From Dendrobates tinctorius (Eukaryota), in contig NW_027361738.1 of the NCBI RefSeq assembly GCF_039654945.1, positions 9,796,001-9,860,000 of the forward strand: a stretch of DNA of 64,000 nucleotides. Reading direction: 5' to 3'. The translations under genes and the position numbers were made by a program. Of this stretch, positions 53,104-64,000 are shown in pieces (positions within the stretch are counted from its first letter, which is position 1; each line of letters starts with the position of its first letter). A model generated the notes under the pieces. It worked only from the letters and a program-made list of their open reading frames with translations, was not told where the DNA came from and made no database searches.

Positions 53104-54301
53104 CAAACTCACACACATGCACAAACACACACAAATACACACACGAACAAATATACACATCACATACACACAAACACACATAGATGCACAAACACACACA
53201 TATGCACTCACATACATACCCCACACAAACACATGCACATACATGCACCACACACGCATACACATACCACACACNNNNNNNNNNNNNNNNNNNNNNNNNN
53301 NNNNNNNNNNNNNNNNNNNNNNNNNNNNNNNNNNNNNNNNNNNNNNNNNNNNNNNNNNNNNNNNNNNNNNNNNNNNNNNNNNNNNNNNNNNNNNNNNNNN
53401 NNNNNNNNNNNNNNNNNNNNNNNNNNNNNNNNNNNNNNNNNNNNNNNNNNNNNNNNNNNNNNTTGTAACAATATAAAAGGTTGATTTTTGCTCCTTTGGT
53501 GCTCAAATATTGAGCATTAAATTTCAGCCTAAACATTAGTTTTATAGCATTTTTACACTCAGAAATTTCATAGTTTGAAAGCAAAGATGGTAAAACAAGT
53601 CAAATCAAGAAACAAGTCCAGACAGAGGGAGAGGATGTCGTTTAGGAAAACTCTGGGCCATATAGTGCAATAAAAGAAAATGACTGCTGTAACCATTTAT
53701 GGAGTGTAAACCGCTCCAGGCTCCTCAGCAAAACCTGGAGGACATGCCCAGACTACAGGTCTGACTGTCTCACATATATCTGTATATATATGTATGGGTA
53801 TATATACATAACTATAATATATATATATATATATATAGTCGATGCAGCATCTGTTTCTATATCGCTGCGAGAAAAAAAATGTAATTAACTCTTTGTAAAA
53901 ATGAGAGAAGCAGAAGAAATAATTGCAGGCTTTCCGGAGAGCGGCTGCTGGGACGCCCTCTGTTGTTTCAGACAGAAAGGAACTTCAAAGAATGGTCACA
54001 AAACGTGTGTAATATATGGCTGGTCTGCAAACTGTCTGGAATTCGCCTCCTAATGACTTTATAGCTGTCCAGCCGCAATTAAGATTTTCTACAGAAGCCT
54101 TTTCATTTGTTTTGTCTGGCGGATTGAGATAATGCGAAGAGCGGAAATAACTGTCTTTCATTGTTCTGTAACTCTCAAAATTCTAGCTTTGTGCAAGTTC
54201 TTCTTGCAAAATAGCCTTAATACAACGACCTAAAGTAGCAGCTCCATTTTAACAGACCCTAGTTGGTTAATGTTCAAAATACATGCACATATTATATGTC
54301 A

Positions 54302-54316
54302 CCAGCAGATGGCAGC
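54302..54316 (+). promoter_or_regulatory. CTCF motif between hoxa9 and hoxa7 (position of the C7|9 boundary site)
   Basis: CCAGCAGATGGCAGC consensus match. Confidence 0.8.
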
Positions 54317-55404
54317 ATAACTCCACGTAACGAATAGATTTTTGTGCCTGGTCTGCCATTTATTCTTCTTGGGTGAGGGGGCGGTGAATATTTATATTTT
54401 TCTTTTTTTTTTTTTTCCTTCACATTAAATCAGTGTGAGAAAATTTTAGTAACTACTTTTGTTTCAATGGATTTTGCACATTTTAGTGTTTAAGTTATAT
54501 CACTGTGTTTTATAGTTTTACAGAGCACATTTTAAAGAAGGAAGACTCCAAATATATATATTTGTATGCCATGTNNNNNNNNNNNNNNNNNNNNNNNNNN
54601 NNNNNNNNNNNNNNNNNNNNNNNNNNNNNNNNNNNNNNNNNNNNNNNNNNNNNNNNNNNNNNNNNNNNNNNNNNNNNNNNNNNNNNNNNNNNNNNNNNNN
54701 NNNNNNNNNNNNNNNNNNNNNNNNNNNNNNNNNNNNNNNNNNNNNNNNNNNNNNNNNNNNNNNNNNNNNNNNNNNNNNNNNNNNNNNNNNNNNNNNNNNN
54801 NNNNNNNNNNNNNNNNNNCCTTGCTTTAAACAGTTCATTTTCTTATGTAGCTGCTGAAAGTTATGTCAATTGACACAATTATGAGAACAAAATATAAATA
54901 TTTAATTAGACACTGTCATTTTTATTATATTGCTTGATGTTGGGTTTTTTTTCCTCTTATAAATACATTTATATTATTCTCATATTTCATTATTATATTT
55001 TTTTTATTTCTAACATATATTTGCTTTTTTTTAAATCTTCCTTACATAAGAGTAAGAAAATTTGCAGTTTTACATATTAAGTAAAAAAAATATATATATC
55101 TCAACTTAGAAGTAAACTAATGAACTAACTATGGATGTTTTGAAATATTATATATAGTACAACGTGGACAAAGAAAAAAAAAAAGAGAGAGAGAGAAAGA
55201 GGAAGAGAGGCCCCCACCTATTATTTATGCGATCATATTTCTTTGCACATTTCTTGGGCCTCCACGAGGTGTCTACAGGGTGAAGCTTGCACCCACGTTA
55301 TTATTTGTATTTATCTCACAATTAAATTATTTGTAAATATATTAAAATATAAACGTATAATATATTTACAAATATGTATATATTAGAATATAGTTATATA
55401 TATA

Positions 55405-55477
55405 TACTGCTAAAAAAAATAAAAGGAACACAATAACATAGGATGTGGTATTTTAGTGCTCCCTTTATTTTTTTTAG

Positions 55478-55482
<5 letters not shown>
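55405..55482. mobile_element. Tc1-type mini-MITE (copy 4)
   Basis: TACTGCTAAAAAAAATAAAAGGAACAC ... GTGCTCCCTTTATTTTTTTTAGCAATA within a TA tract. Confidence 0.7.
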
Positions 55483-55519
<37 letters not shown>

Positions 55520-55557
55520 TTTTGTTATTTTTTTATGAGTTTAAAAAAGAGCAGAAT

Positions 55558-55601
<44 letters not shown>

Positions 55602-56734
55602 TGTAGTAGTACTATTAGTTATAGTAGTATACCTACACTCGCACATGTGAGAGTAAAAAACCCTCAATATAAGATATTTACTAGTAAACAATGTATGCAA
55701 TCCTAGGTAATGTGATGGGAAAGCAGAGATCAGAGCCTGGGATCCCTTTGTAGAACAGATGAGCAGAGCTGGATCTTTTTAAGGTAGAATTTCCGGAGCA
55801 GCCATCCCCATTGAATGTTTCATGTTTATGAGGTGCCATATAAAGGCTGTAAACCCTGTGTGAGGAGCAGAGCTCTGCCCAGGAGTCTCCATCCGGCCCT
55901 GACCGCAGCAGCGCCGGCACTCCCAATGGATGTGTGGGATTCATTCTCTTCTGTACAACTTCTTTATGGATCCTACAGAACCATTCCTCAGGAATCGCCT
56001 CCACCTCGGGCTCAGGTAACCTGACAGCGTCTGATCAGCTCCACATACCCATGGTAATAATATTATCCCACAATATTACCCATAAAAATAATATTATATT
56101 AGTAATATGTACATATATCCATCTTTTAAATATTATCCAGAATTACTGACAGAGTTTCATGGTCATTATTATTACAATTTTACCTCGGCTTTGATTATAT
56201 ATACTTTGGCCTGGTAAATGTAAAAAAAATGTTAAAGGTGTTTAATCTATTGAATTTATTTGTCACACGCTCTGTATAACCTTGATTAAAGTTATTGTAT
56301 TTGTCAGTTCAGCATATTTAAATGATCAATTTTACAGTTATCGGTTGTTTTCACAGACATTTATAGCGGTTTCTATATTTATGGTTTTTTTTATAGTTGT
56401 GTGTGAGTTTAAAAACAAATAATAATAGATATAATATTAATAATGATTTTGTTTGTTTATTTAAAACATTATTTAAAATTCTATTAGTTTTGGATATTAA
56501 ACATTTAAATCCTTCAACCCTTTCTAAAAAAAAAATAATGAATGAGATGCATCATTGCATTTATGTTGTGAATAAGGATCTGGGAGGAATGCTGGTAAAG
56601 CTGCGGATTTCCTGGTCTTTTTGGAGGGGGTGTCGGTTTATTAGTAAACATTGCGGGGACATGGTGATGGTCGCACTGGAGGGTGGGTGTTCTTCCTGCA
56701 TTGCACACAGATCGCTCCCACCTGTGCAGCAGCA

Positions 56735-56904
56735 TCAGATTGGATGCCAGAGTCAGATGGTCGCAGATCACGTGCAGGGGGGAAGCTCTGTGCACAAGAA
56801 AATGGGGTTTTGTGTAAATCTGGGGGCTTAATGTTTCCATATATCAAGCTACCTCGTAAAACCGACACTGGAGCCACCCGGACCACAAATCACAGGTGAA
56901 GAAT
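56735..56904 (+). promoter_or_regulatory. hoxa7 promoter / 5'UTR
   Basis: GATTGG, GATCACGTG, TGTAAATCT, CTCGTAAAACCGACAC, ACAAATCACAG immediately 5' of the ATG. Confidence 0.7.
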
Positions 56905-57289
56905 ATGACTTCTTCCTATTATGTGAATGCTCTGTTCAGCAAGTATACGACCGGGGCTTCTCTCTTCCAAAACACAGAGGCCACTTCGTGTTCCTTCACC
57001 AATTCCCAGAGAAGCAGCTATGGATCCGGCCCGGGGGCCTTCCCAGCTCCCGCCGCCTCCCCAGCCGTGGCCGGGCTGTACAATGTGAACAGTGCGCTGT
57101 ACCAGAGCCCCTTCCCCGGATACGGCCTCAGCACGGACGCCTACAACCTCCACTGCGCCACCTTTGATCAGAACATTCCGATCCTCTGCAATGACCTGGG
57201 CAAAGCCAGCTGTGACAAGGCGGAGGAGCCCACCCTGCACCCCCAGAGTGACAGTCACTACCGCATATACCCGTGGATGAGGTCCTCAG
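56905..57289 (+). CDS. hoxa7: Homeobox protein Hox-A7, exon 1
   Basis: MTSSYYVNALFSKYTTGASLFQN...FDQNIP...hexapeptide RIYPWMRSS; donor G|GTAGGG. Confidence 0.96.
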
Positions 57290-57909
57290 GTAGGGGAATA
57301 CAGCTGTGCATAGGGGTCTCATTCCAGGGCCGGCGCCCAGGGCTCAGACATGCAGTTATTTGGGGTTTGCCATACAGGGAATAAATCCCTATTAACCGGA
57401 CTGATGCATTTCATACATTAATATAGAAAAAAAACGTAGCAACAAACATAGAATAAACACTGGAGTTGGGTGTTTGCAGTGCATGCCATAAAAGAGACAA
57501 TTTTTGTTATATTTTATTTTATTTACAATGGAAAATTCTGAGTCGAATGTACAGGCCCTAAAATCACATTATTAATTATTAAAATAATAGATAATAGGTA
57601 AATAGATAGATATGGCATAGATATAAATAGAGATAGATAGATAGATAGATAATAGTTAGGTAAATATAAAGATATGGGATAGATAGCTATAAATAGAGAT
57701 AGATAGAGATAGATAAATAGATAGATAGATATGGGATAGATATAAATAGATATTCTAGAATATTATATTTATTATTCATTGTCTTAGAGAACATGGTGAA
57801 GACACAATATTCCATGTAATACCAGCAGCTAGGGCCGAGGCCTCCATGGTGTGAAGCTCCCAGGGATATTGTGCGATGAGCCCCATGACTAAGCTCGATG
57901 TGTGTGTGA

Positions 57910-58212
<303 letters not shown>

Positions 58213-58416
58213 ACCGCGGCGGATCAGGGTCGTGGACTGGGAACCATGGTGTATTTATTTGTCTTATTCTTTTTTGTCAGGCAGATCGTGTTCTGCGTCT
58301 TCAGCACAGGGGGGCAGCCTGCAGGGGAGACAGAAAGAGAGATGTGACTTCATCATTTATGATTACATTAATTTCACAATCATGATTAAAATGTGAAGAG
58401 ATATATATATGACTGT

Positions 58417-58550
58417 ACTACCTAATAATAATGCGCTGCGCAAGTGCATTAGTCGCTACTACCTAGTCATTACACATCAGGAATTCCTCCACCAACACTC
58501 AGCAGAGCAGCCCCCATCTTTACCTTCTACTACCTATCCACTACTACCTA
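58417..58550 (+). promoter_or_regulatory. Four miR-196 8-mer target sites in the hoxa7 3'UTR
   Basis: ACTACCTA at 58417, 58458, 58529 and 58543. Confidence 0.88.
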
Positions 58551-59857
58551 CAGCCAGCTCTGCTGCATCTCTACAGATGACCTGGAAGCTGCGCGTGCAG
58601 GTGAGCCGATCACTGGCCGATCTCACTACACACCCACCACACAAAGGGCAGCAGAAGAAGAAGAAGAAGAATCAAGAAAGCCCAATAGCATCGCTCTAGC
58701 GGCCTCTTCCTAGCAGAGTATTTGTCTCATAGTCGCAGTGACCACATTGTTTCTACTCCAGGGATTTGTATGGGTGTGCGCTGTCTCTTTGTCATACGCA
58801 GTGTTTCTAGGTTTACTTTGGTAATATTTGGTCATATCTATGGCATGGCGTATTTGTGTAATAAAAAAAAATAAAAAAAAAATCAACTCATGAAAAAAAC
58901 AAAATCTAAATCTAGCGGTTTGCACGTCTTTGTGTGATCAGTATTATTGTGAGTGTTTAAAACTTAGTTCTGTACAAATACAAATAAATATGTAAAAGAA
59001 AAAAATGTAAAAAAAAAATAATGACTGTCCTTGGGTAATATATTTTCTTTTGTTACAAATAAAAAAAACGTGTTTGTTCAAAGAATGTTCCTGTTGTCTG
59101 AGCATGGTAAAATAAACAGTGAAACAATATATCTGAAAACACATATATTTACAAATAGTGATTATGTGGGTAAAATTCACAACCTACCTATATATATATA
59201 TATATAAGCATATATGTGTGTAGTCACAATCGACTTACATGCATACATACGCAAAATAATATATATGTGCATGTATGTGTTTTTATATATATGTATATAT
59301 ACACATATATGTGTGTGTGCATATGTGCGCCTTCACAAACTATCTACATGTATACACATGCAAAAAATACATTTATATTTATGTTTGTGTATGCAGTTAC
59401 AATCTATCCATATATCTGTATGTATGTGCAATATTTATGTATATAATATAGATACATATGTATATTTACACATCATACACTTTATTATGTGCGAGTGCAT
59501 GTATATATATATATATATGCACACATATGTACATACATCTATTTTTCTGACCTTTTATTCTCATAAATATATATATATATATATATGGGTAAAAGATTAG
59601 AAAGATAAGGGACAAATATATGTATGTACCTATGTATATGCATATATATACACATGCTCACACCCACATAGCAGAGTGTATAGTGTGTCCATGCATATAT
59701 ACCCTGTGCATGGTTGTGCACACTTTGCTCCCTCTCCTCTGTGCTCCAGCAGTGAGGAGGATTAGCAGTGAGGTCCTGCAGGTAATGAGAGCTGGGGCTG
59801 AGCACAGGCTGAGAGGGAAGATGGCGTCTCTATAGGACCTGCCTCTTCTCAGTGATG

Positions 59858-60030
59858 AGGCAATGGCTATAAATCCGTTGTTGTTTATGAAAATTTACAA
59901 CTTTGCAATACAAGTTTATGAGGAGCTCGGTTCCTCCATTGGTCGCTGCTGGTCATGTGGATGGTAACTGTGAACATGTAGGGCTTTTTTTTGATAATTT
60001 CCCTTGTGAGAATAGAGCTGCATTCTTTAG
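59858..60030. promoter_or_regulatory. Conserved non-coding element downstream of hoxa7 (resembles the H8/7-6 four-cluster sequence; promoter-like)
   Basis: CTATAAATCCGTTGTTGTTTATGAAAATTTACAACTTTGCAATACAAGTTTATGAG...CCATTGG...GGTCATGTGG; identity recalled from vertebrate Hox clusters, not aligned here. Confidence 0.7.
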
Positions 60031-60188
60031 CTGAGCTCAGTCCTGCTCTGGATGTGTCTGCATCTCCAGCCTCCAGCCCAGAGTCTCTGAGTGTCAGGCT
60101 TCTCATGGAGCTGCTCCCCAGCACTGAGCTCCAGGATGGCAGAGCCGGATCCGGCCCCTGTAGTAAGGTGTGGCATGCTGGATTCCAA

Positions 60189-60202
60189 GCACCAGAGGGG
60201 CA
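60189..60202 (+). promoter_or_regulatory. CTCF motif downstream of hoxa7 (C6|7 position)
   Basis: GCACCAGAGGGCAG. Confidence 0.65.
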
Positions 60203-61853
60203 GAATTTCAACTGGCAGCCTGGCTAATTTCCTGCTTCTCCTGGCACCAAAAGGGACTCGATTCCTCTCCTGTGCAGCCAAGGCGACAGCTGTCAGAGTG
60301 GCAAGGGCTGCTGTGAGCCAGAACCCAAGGTGAGAAATGTGCCCCCTCACACCCTGCACTGAGCTCCATAGCCCGCTCCAAAGGAACTCTACAGCTATTT
60401 ACTGCCTGCTGCACAGCCAGCTCTAGCACATCACATGCCATCATATTGCCATATTATCAGGTGCCACCCTGGGGCAAGCAGGGTGATGCTCAGTATGAAG
60501 AGTGTGTGCATAGAAATAGAACATTCACACACTTCTATACGTGCATATATCTATACATACAGACACANNNNNNNNNNNNNNNNNNNNNNNNNNNNNNNNN
60601 NNNNNNNNNNNNNNNNNNNNNNNNNNNNNNNNNNNNNNNNNNNNNNNNNNNNNNNNNNNNNNNNNNNNNNNNNNNNNNNNNNNNNNNNNNNNNNNNNNNN
60701 NNNNNNNNNNNNNNNNNNNNNNNNNNNNNNNNNNNNNNNNNNNNNNNNNNNNNNNNNNNNNNNNNNNNNNNNNNNNNNNNNNNNNNNNNNNNNNNNNNNN
60801 NNNNNNNNNNNNNNNNNNNNNNNNNNNNNNNNNNNNNNNNNNNNNNNNNNNNNNNNNNNNNNNNNNNNNNNNNNNNNNNNNNNNNNNNNNNNNNNNNNNN
60901 NNNNNNNNNNNNNNNNNNNNNNNNNNNNNNNNNNNNNNNNNNNNNNNNNNNNNNNNTTTTCTCACGTTTTATGAATACAAGCATGACTTACCATACTCAC
61001 TATTCACTATTACCGCATGGTAATGCAAGTTACATCGGCAGTAGTGTAAACGTCTCCCTATAAATCCTGTACTGAAATGTTTTGCATTAGCAATCTGATG
61101 AGAAACTTGCTTCATTCATTCTTTCATTCATTTATGATGCAATGGGGAGAACTGTTTTAAACGAAACCAATGCCCATGATTACATTGTAATTCTGCATTT
61201 TTCCATATTGACGCATACGCAATGATTAGGTTTGTAGAATGTTTAAAACTACAGAGAGCGCGATAATAGAAGTCTTTACAAAGATAATATATGATGGGTC
61301 AGAGAATGTAGTGTTTGTCAGGAAGAATTGTGGATGCCAAAAACTCATCTAAATGTATTTCAGGAGAAAGTTCTGTTGTTTTCGTTTGGCTTATAATTAA
61401 AAAAAAAGACATATTTTGTTCTTTTAATTTCCCATTGTTCTTGATAAATTAATTAAGGGTAATGGTTGGCTGACTTTAATCTGCGTTGTCTGCTGATGAA
61501 GTATAACATTTGCATTACAGTGTATTATGTGCTGGGCTTCAGCGTGTGAGGTCTCAGTGCTGCCACTCTGTGGCGGTTGATGGTATATACCTCTGAAATA
61601 AGGAAATCATATTATGACTGCGTATTTAATATATATTTATACATTGCTATAGGCAGAATATAAAAGGATCATTATTTATATGTATGTAATTTAGGGTATA
61701 TTTTGGCTGATATAATAGGTAGTAATGGCGATTATTCCTGAGAGTATTATGCATTTACAATATGGTTGCCCACTGGAAGTGTGTTAGTTACAGACCAACA
61801 ACTTGTGTCCAATAAATCTGAAAAAATCTGAAATAGCCATCTTGGGCTTAAAA

Positions 61854-61884
<31 letters not shown>

Positions 61885-62289
61885 CATTTATCATAAGGAT
61901 TGAGCACCTGCCTGCATGTGTTATTTAATGCATCACTAATTTCCATGAATATTCCTCATGAAATGTGTTTAGTATGTCATTTAACCACTCCTGAGCATGG
62001 TGTGAATAACACTCTGCTGTGTATATATATTTCATTATTTCATTGCATTAGAATAAGAATTCTAGGAATATTCGAACGCTTTTATATTGTGTTCAAAATG
62101 GCTGCTGCACCTCAGATTTAATGGTTTAAGCAGATTTTATTGCTTGGCAGTGAGATGAAAAGAGAAACAGAAGGGGCAGTGTCTTAGTGTCTGCCTCAGT
62201 ATCCCTGTTACATTTCACAGGCCCCCAGATAATTACATGCCTAAAGCAAGGCACAATTCTCTCACTTTCTCCTTTTTCATACAACTATA

Positions 62290-62325
<36 letters not shown>

Positions 62326-62589
62326 CTATACATCTGTCATCTATATTTCTGCGAGTGGATAAAAAAATCCACAGTTTTTCACTTGGATTCTTTGAATGCT
62401 GCCTCCATTTTGCTAAATAAACAACAACAAAAGCAAGCAGGTATAAAATATTGTTAACAAGAAAAGATTGAGGTAATATAAAATATACAGCAGTTTGGCA
62501 TGTGTGATTACATGGATACAACACACACTTACTTTTAGGTCTATCTATCTACCTATCTATCTATCTTTCTATCTATGTATTATCTATCT

Positions 62590-62850
62590 ATCTTTCTATC
62601 TATCTATATAGAAAAAAAAAACAGATCTCAGCACAAACTTGAGCAGATTTTGGGTGCAATAGTCCTGAATAATGCGGTTGTCCAACGAGAAAATATAAAT
62701 AGAAAAAAAACAGGCAGCACTCGAGTTAAAGGAAAAATTGTGGACTTTAATCCAGCGCCAAGTGGGGCAACGTTTCGACCTCACAGCAAGGTCTTTGTCA
62801 AGCACAGCACCAAATGGCGCTGGATTAAAGTCCACAATTTTTCCTTTAAC
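62590..62850 (-). mobile_element. PLE-like terminus with hammerhead-like motif and inverted arm, next to (TATC)n, cut by a gap
   Basis: Perfect 36-bp inverted repeat 62725-62760 / 62815-62850; minus strand 62802-62767 CTTGACAAA-GACC-loop-GGTC-GAAACGTTGC. Confidence 0.65.
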
Positions 62851-63753
62851 NNNNNNNNNNNNNNNNNNNNNNNNNNNNNNNNNNNNNNNNNNNNNNNNNN
62901 NNNNNNNNNNNNNNNNNNNNNNNNNNNNNNNNNNNNNNNNNNNNNNNNNNNNNNNNNNNNNNNNNNNNNNNNNNNNNNNNNNNNNNNNNCATAAATTAAC
63001 TGACTATTAAAACTATAGTTAAAGGTATAGGACCACACAAACTCATCCCACATATTTACAGCTAGGCAGAAATATTAATAGTGTTCATTTAAAAAAAAAA
63101 AAAAAAAAAAAAAAACAAAACAAGAAATCCCACAGTTGTGATCTTCCCCTCCCTCATCCTAAATTTTACTACACATTTCACAGTCATGACTGTATACCCC
63201 TCCTATCGATTATCGCTAGATTCATAAAGAAGCATAAATGCAGACATCCAGGTGGGAGAGGCACAAGACATCCTTCTTTTGCTCCCTTGATGTCTTCTGG
63301 TCGCCATTACAGCCCATGTGGCGTCAGAGTTGCACATTCTTCCAGGTATTTACAGTGGGGTTTATAGCCACGAAGGGAGAGGCTGATGGAAGAATTCCTG
63401 AGCTTGGGCCATAAAACGCTGCATAGCATTCAGATAAGAAGCTTTATACGTCAGTTTTTCACATAATACCACATGATTGATGGAATGAGACATATTTTAA
63501 TCCAGATGTAATTTCTGTTGTTCCTGACTTGTTATATAAGAATATATATTGCTATATGTCTGCTGTTTATCCAGCACAGAACACAGACATATGTGCAGGA
63601 AGGAGGGGCAATATCTGGGCTGCATTTATAAGGAGCACTCCTCTAAGTACTTGGTGTTTTGTGTGAACTCAAATCAGCCATGTAAATGATAGCCACACAC
63701 ACACATATGTATATATATGTTACTACATGTTGCACTATATAATGCATATATAT

Positions 63754-63800
<47 letters not shown>

Positions 63801-63805
<5 letters not shown>

Positions 63806-63875
63806 CTCAAAAAATTGAAGGGGACACTAAAAGTTGGATCAGCCTGTAATTTGTTCCCTTTATTTTTTTTGAGCA

Positions 63876-63878
<3 letters not shown>
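63801..63878. mobile_element. Tc1-type mini-MITE (copy 5)
   Basis: GCTCAAAAAATTGAAGGGGACAC ... TGTTCCCTTTATTTTTTTTGAGCAGTG between TA tracts. Confidence 0.7.
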
Positions 63879-63925
<47 letters not shown>

Positions 63926-63950
63926 GCACACATACATATATACACATATA

Positions 63951-64000
63951 TACTGCTCAAAAGAGTAAAGGAGGCACTTAACCAACACAATGTACTAAGA
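63951..64000. mobile_element. Tc1-type mini-MITE (copy 6, cut by window end)
   Basis: TACTGCTCAAAAGAGTAAAGGAGGCAC; interior AACACAATGTACTA matches the reverse complement of copy 1. Confidence 0.65.

Noticed and set aside
53955-54000. TGTTTCAGACAGAAAGG as a possible HoxA8 pseudo-homeobox
   Set aside because: Only a short gapped resemblance; better explained as an enhancer containing a TCF site.
61555-61580. CTCF-like CCGCCACAGAGTGGCAGCAC on the minus strand; also weak matches near 16675 and 58303
   Set aside because: Core spacing or the 5' half deviates from consensus; not supportable without a PWM scan.
58213-64000. Possible loss of hoxa6
   Set aside because: Only ~5.8 kb, containing two gaps, is visible past the hoxa7 stop; the gene can lie beyond the window.

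Overview
This window is the posterior half of a vertebrate HoxA cluster, very probably from a frog (inferred from the protein sequences and the repeat types). Five intact two-exon genes lie on the + strand in canonical order: hoxa13 (17022-18981), hoxa11 (30534-33086), hoxa10 (40594-42648), hoxa9 (47994-51592) and hoxa7 (56905-58212). The mir-196b-locus hairpin sits between hoxa10 and hoxa9. No hoxa6 or evx1 exon is visible. For a Hox cluster the locus is heavily loaded with repeats: large minisatellite arrays (41, 11, 17 and 30 bp units, one abutting the hoxa11 promoter and one filling the hoxa9 intron), many GATA/TA microsatellites, a V-SINE, a Helitron nested in a Kolobok/T2-like MITE, six ~78-bp Tc1-type mini-MITEs, and several palindromic Penelope-like remnants, some carrying hammerhead-ribozyme-like cores. 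Regulatory structure visible in the sequence includes CTCF motifs that switch orientation between hoxa13 and hoxa10, E-box+CCAAT promoters, upstream AUGs before all five CDSs, and clustered miR-196 sites in the hoxa7 3'UTR. Ten N-gaps interrupt the assembly. Most long ORFs in the supplied track are artefacts of repeats or gaps.
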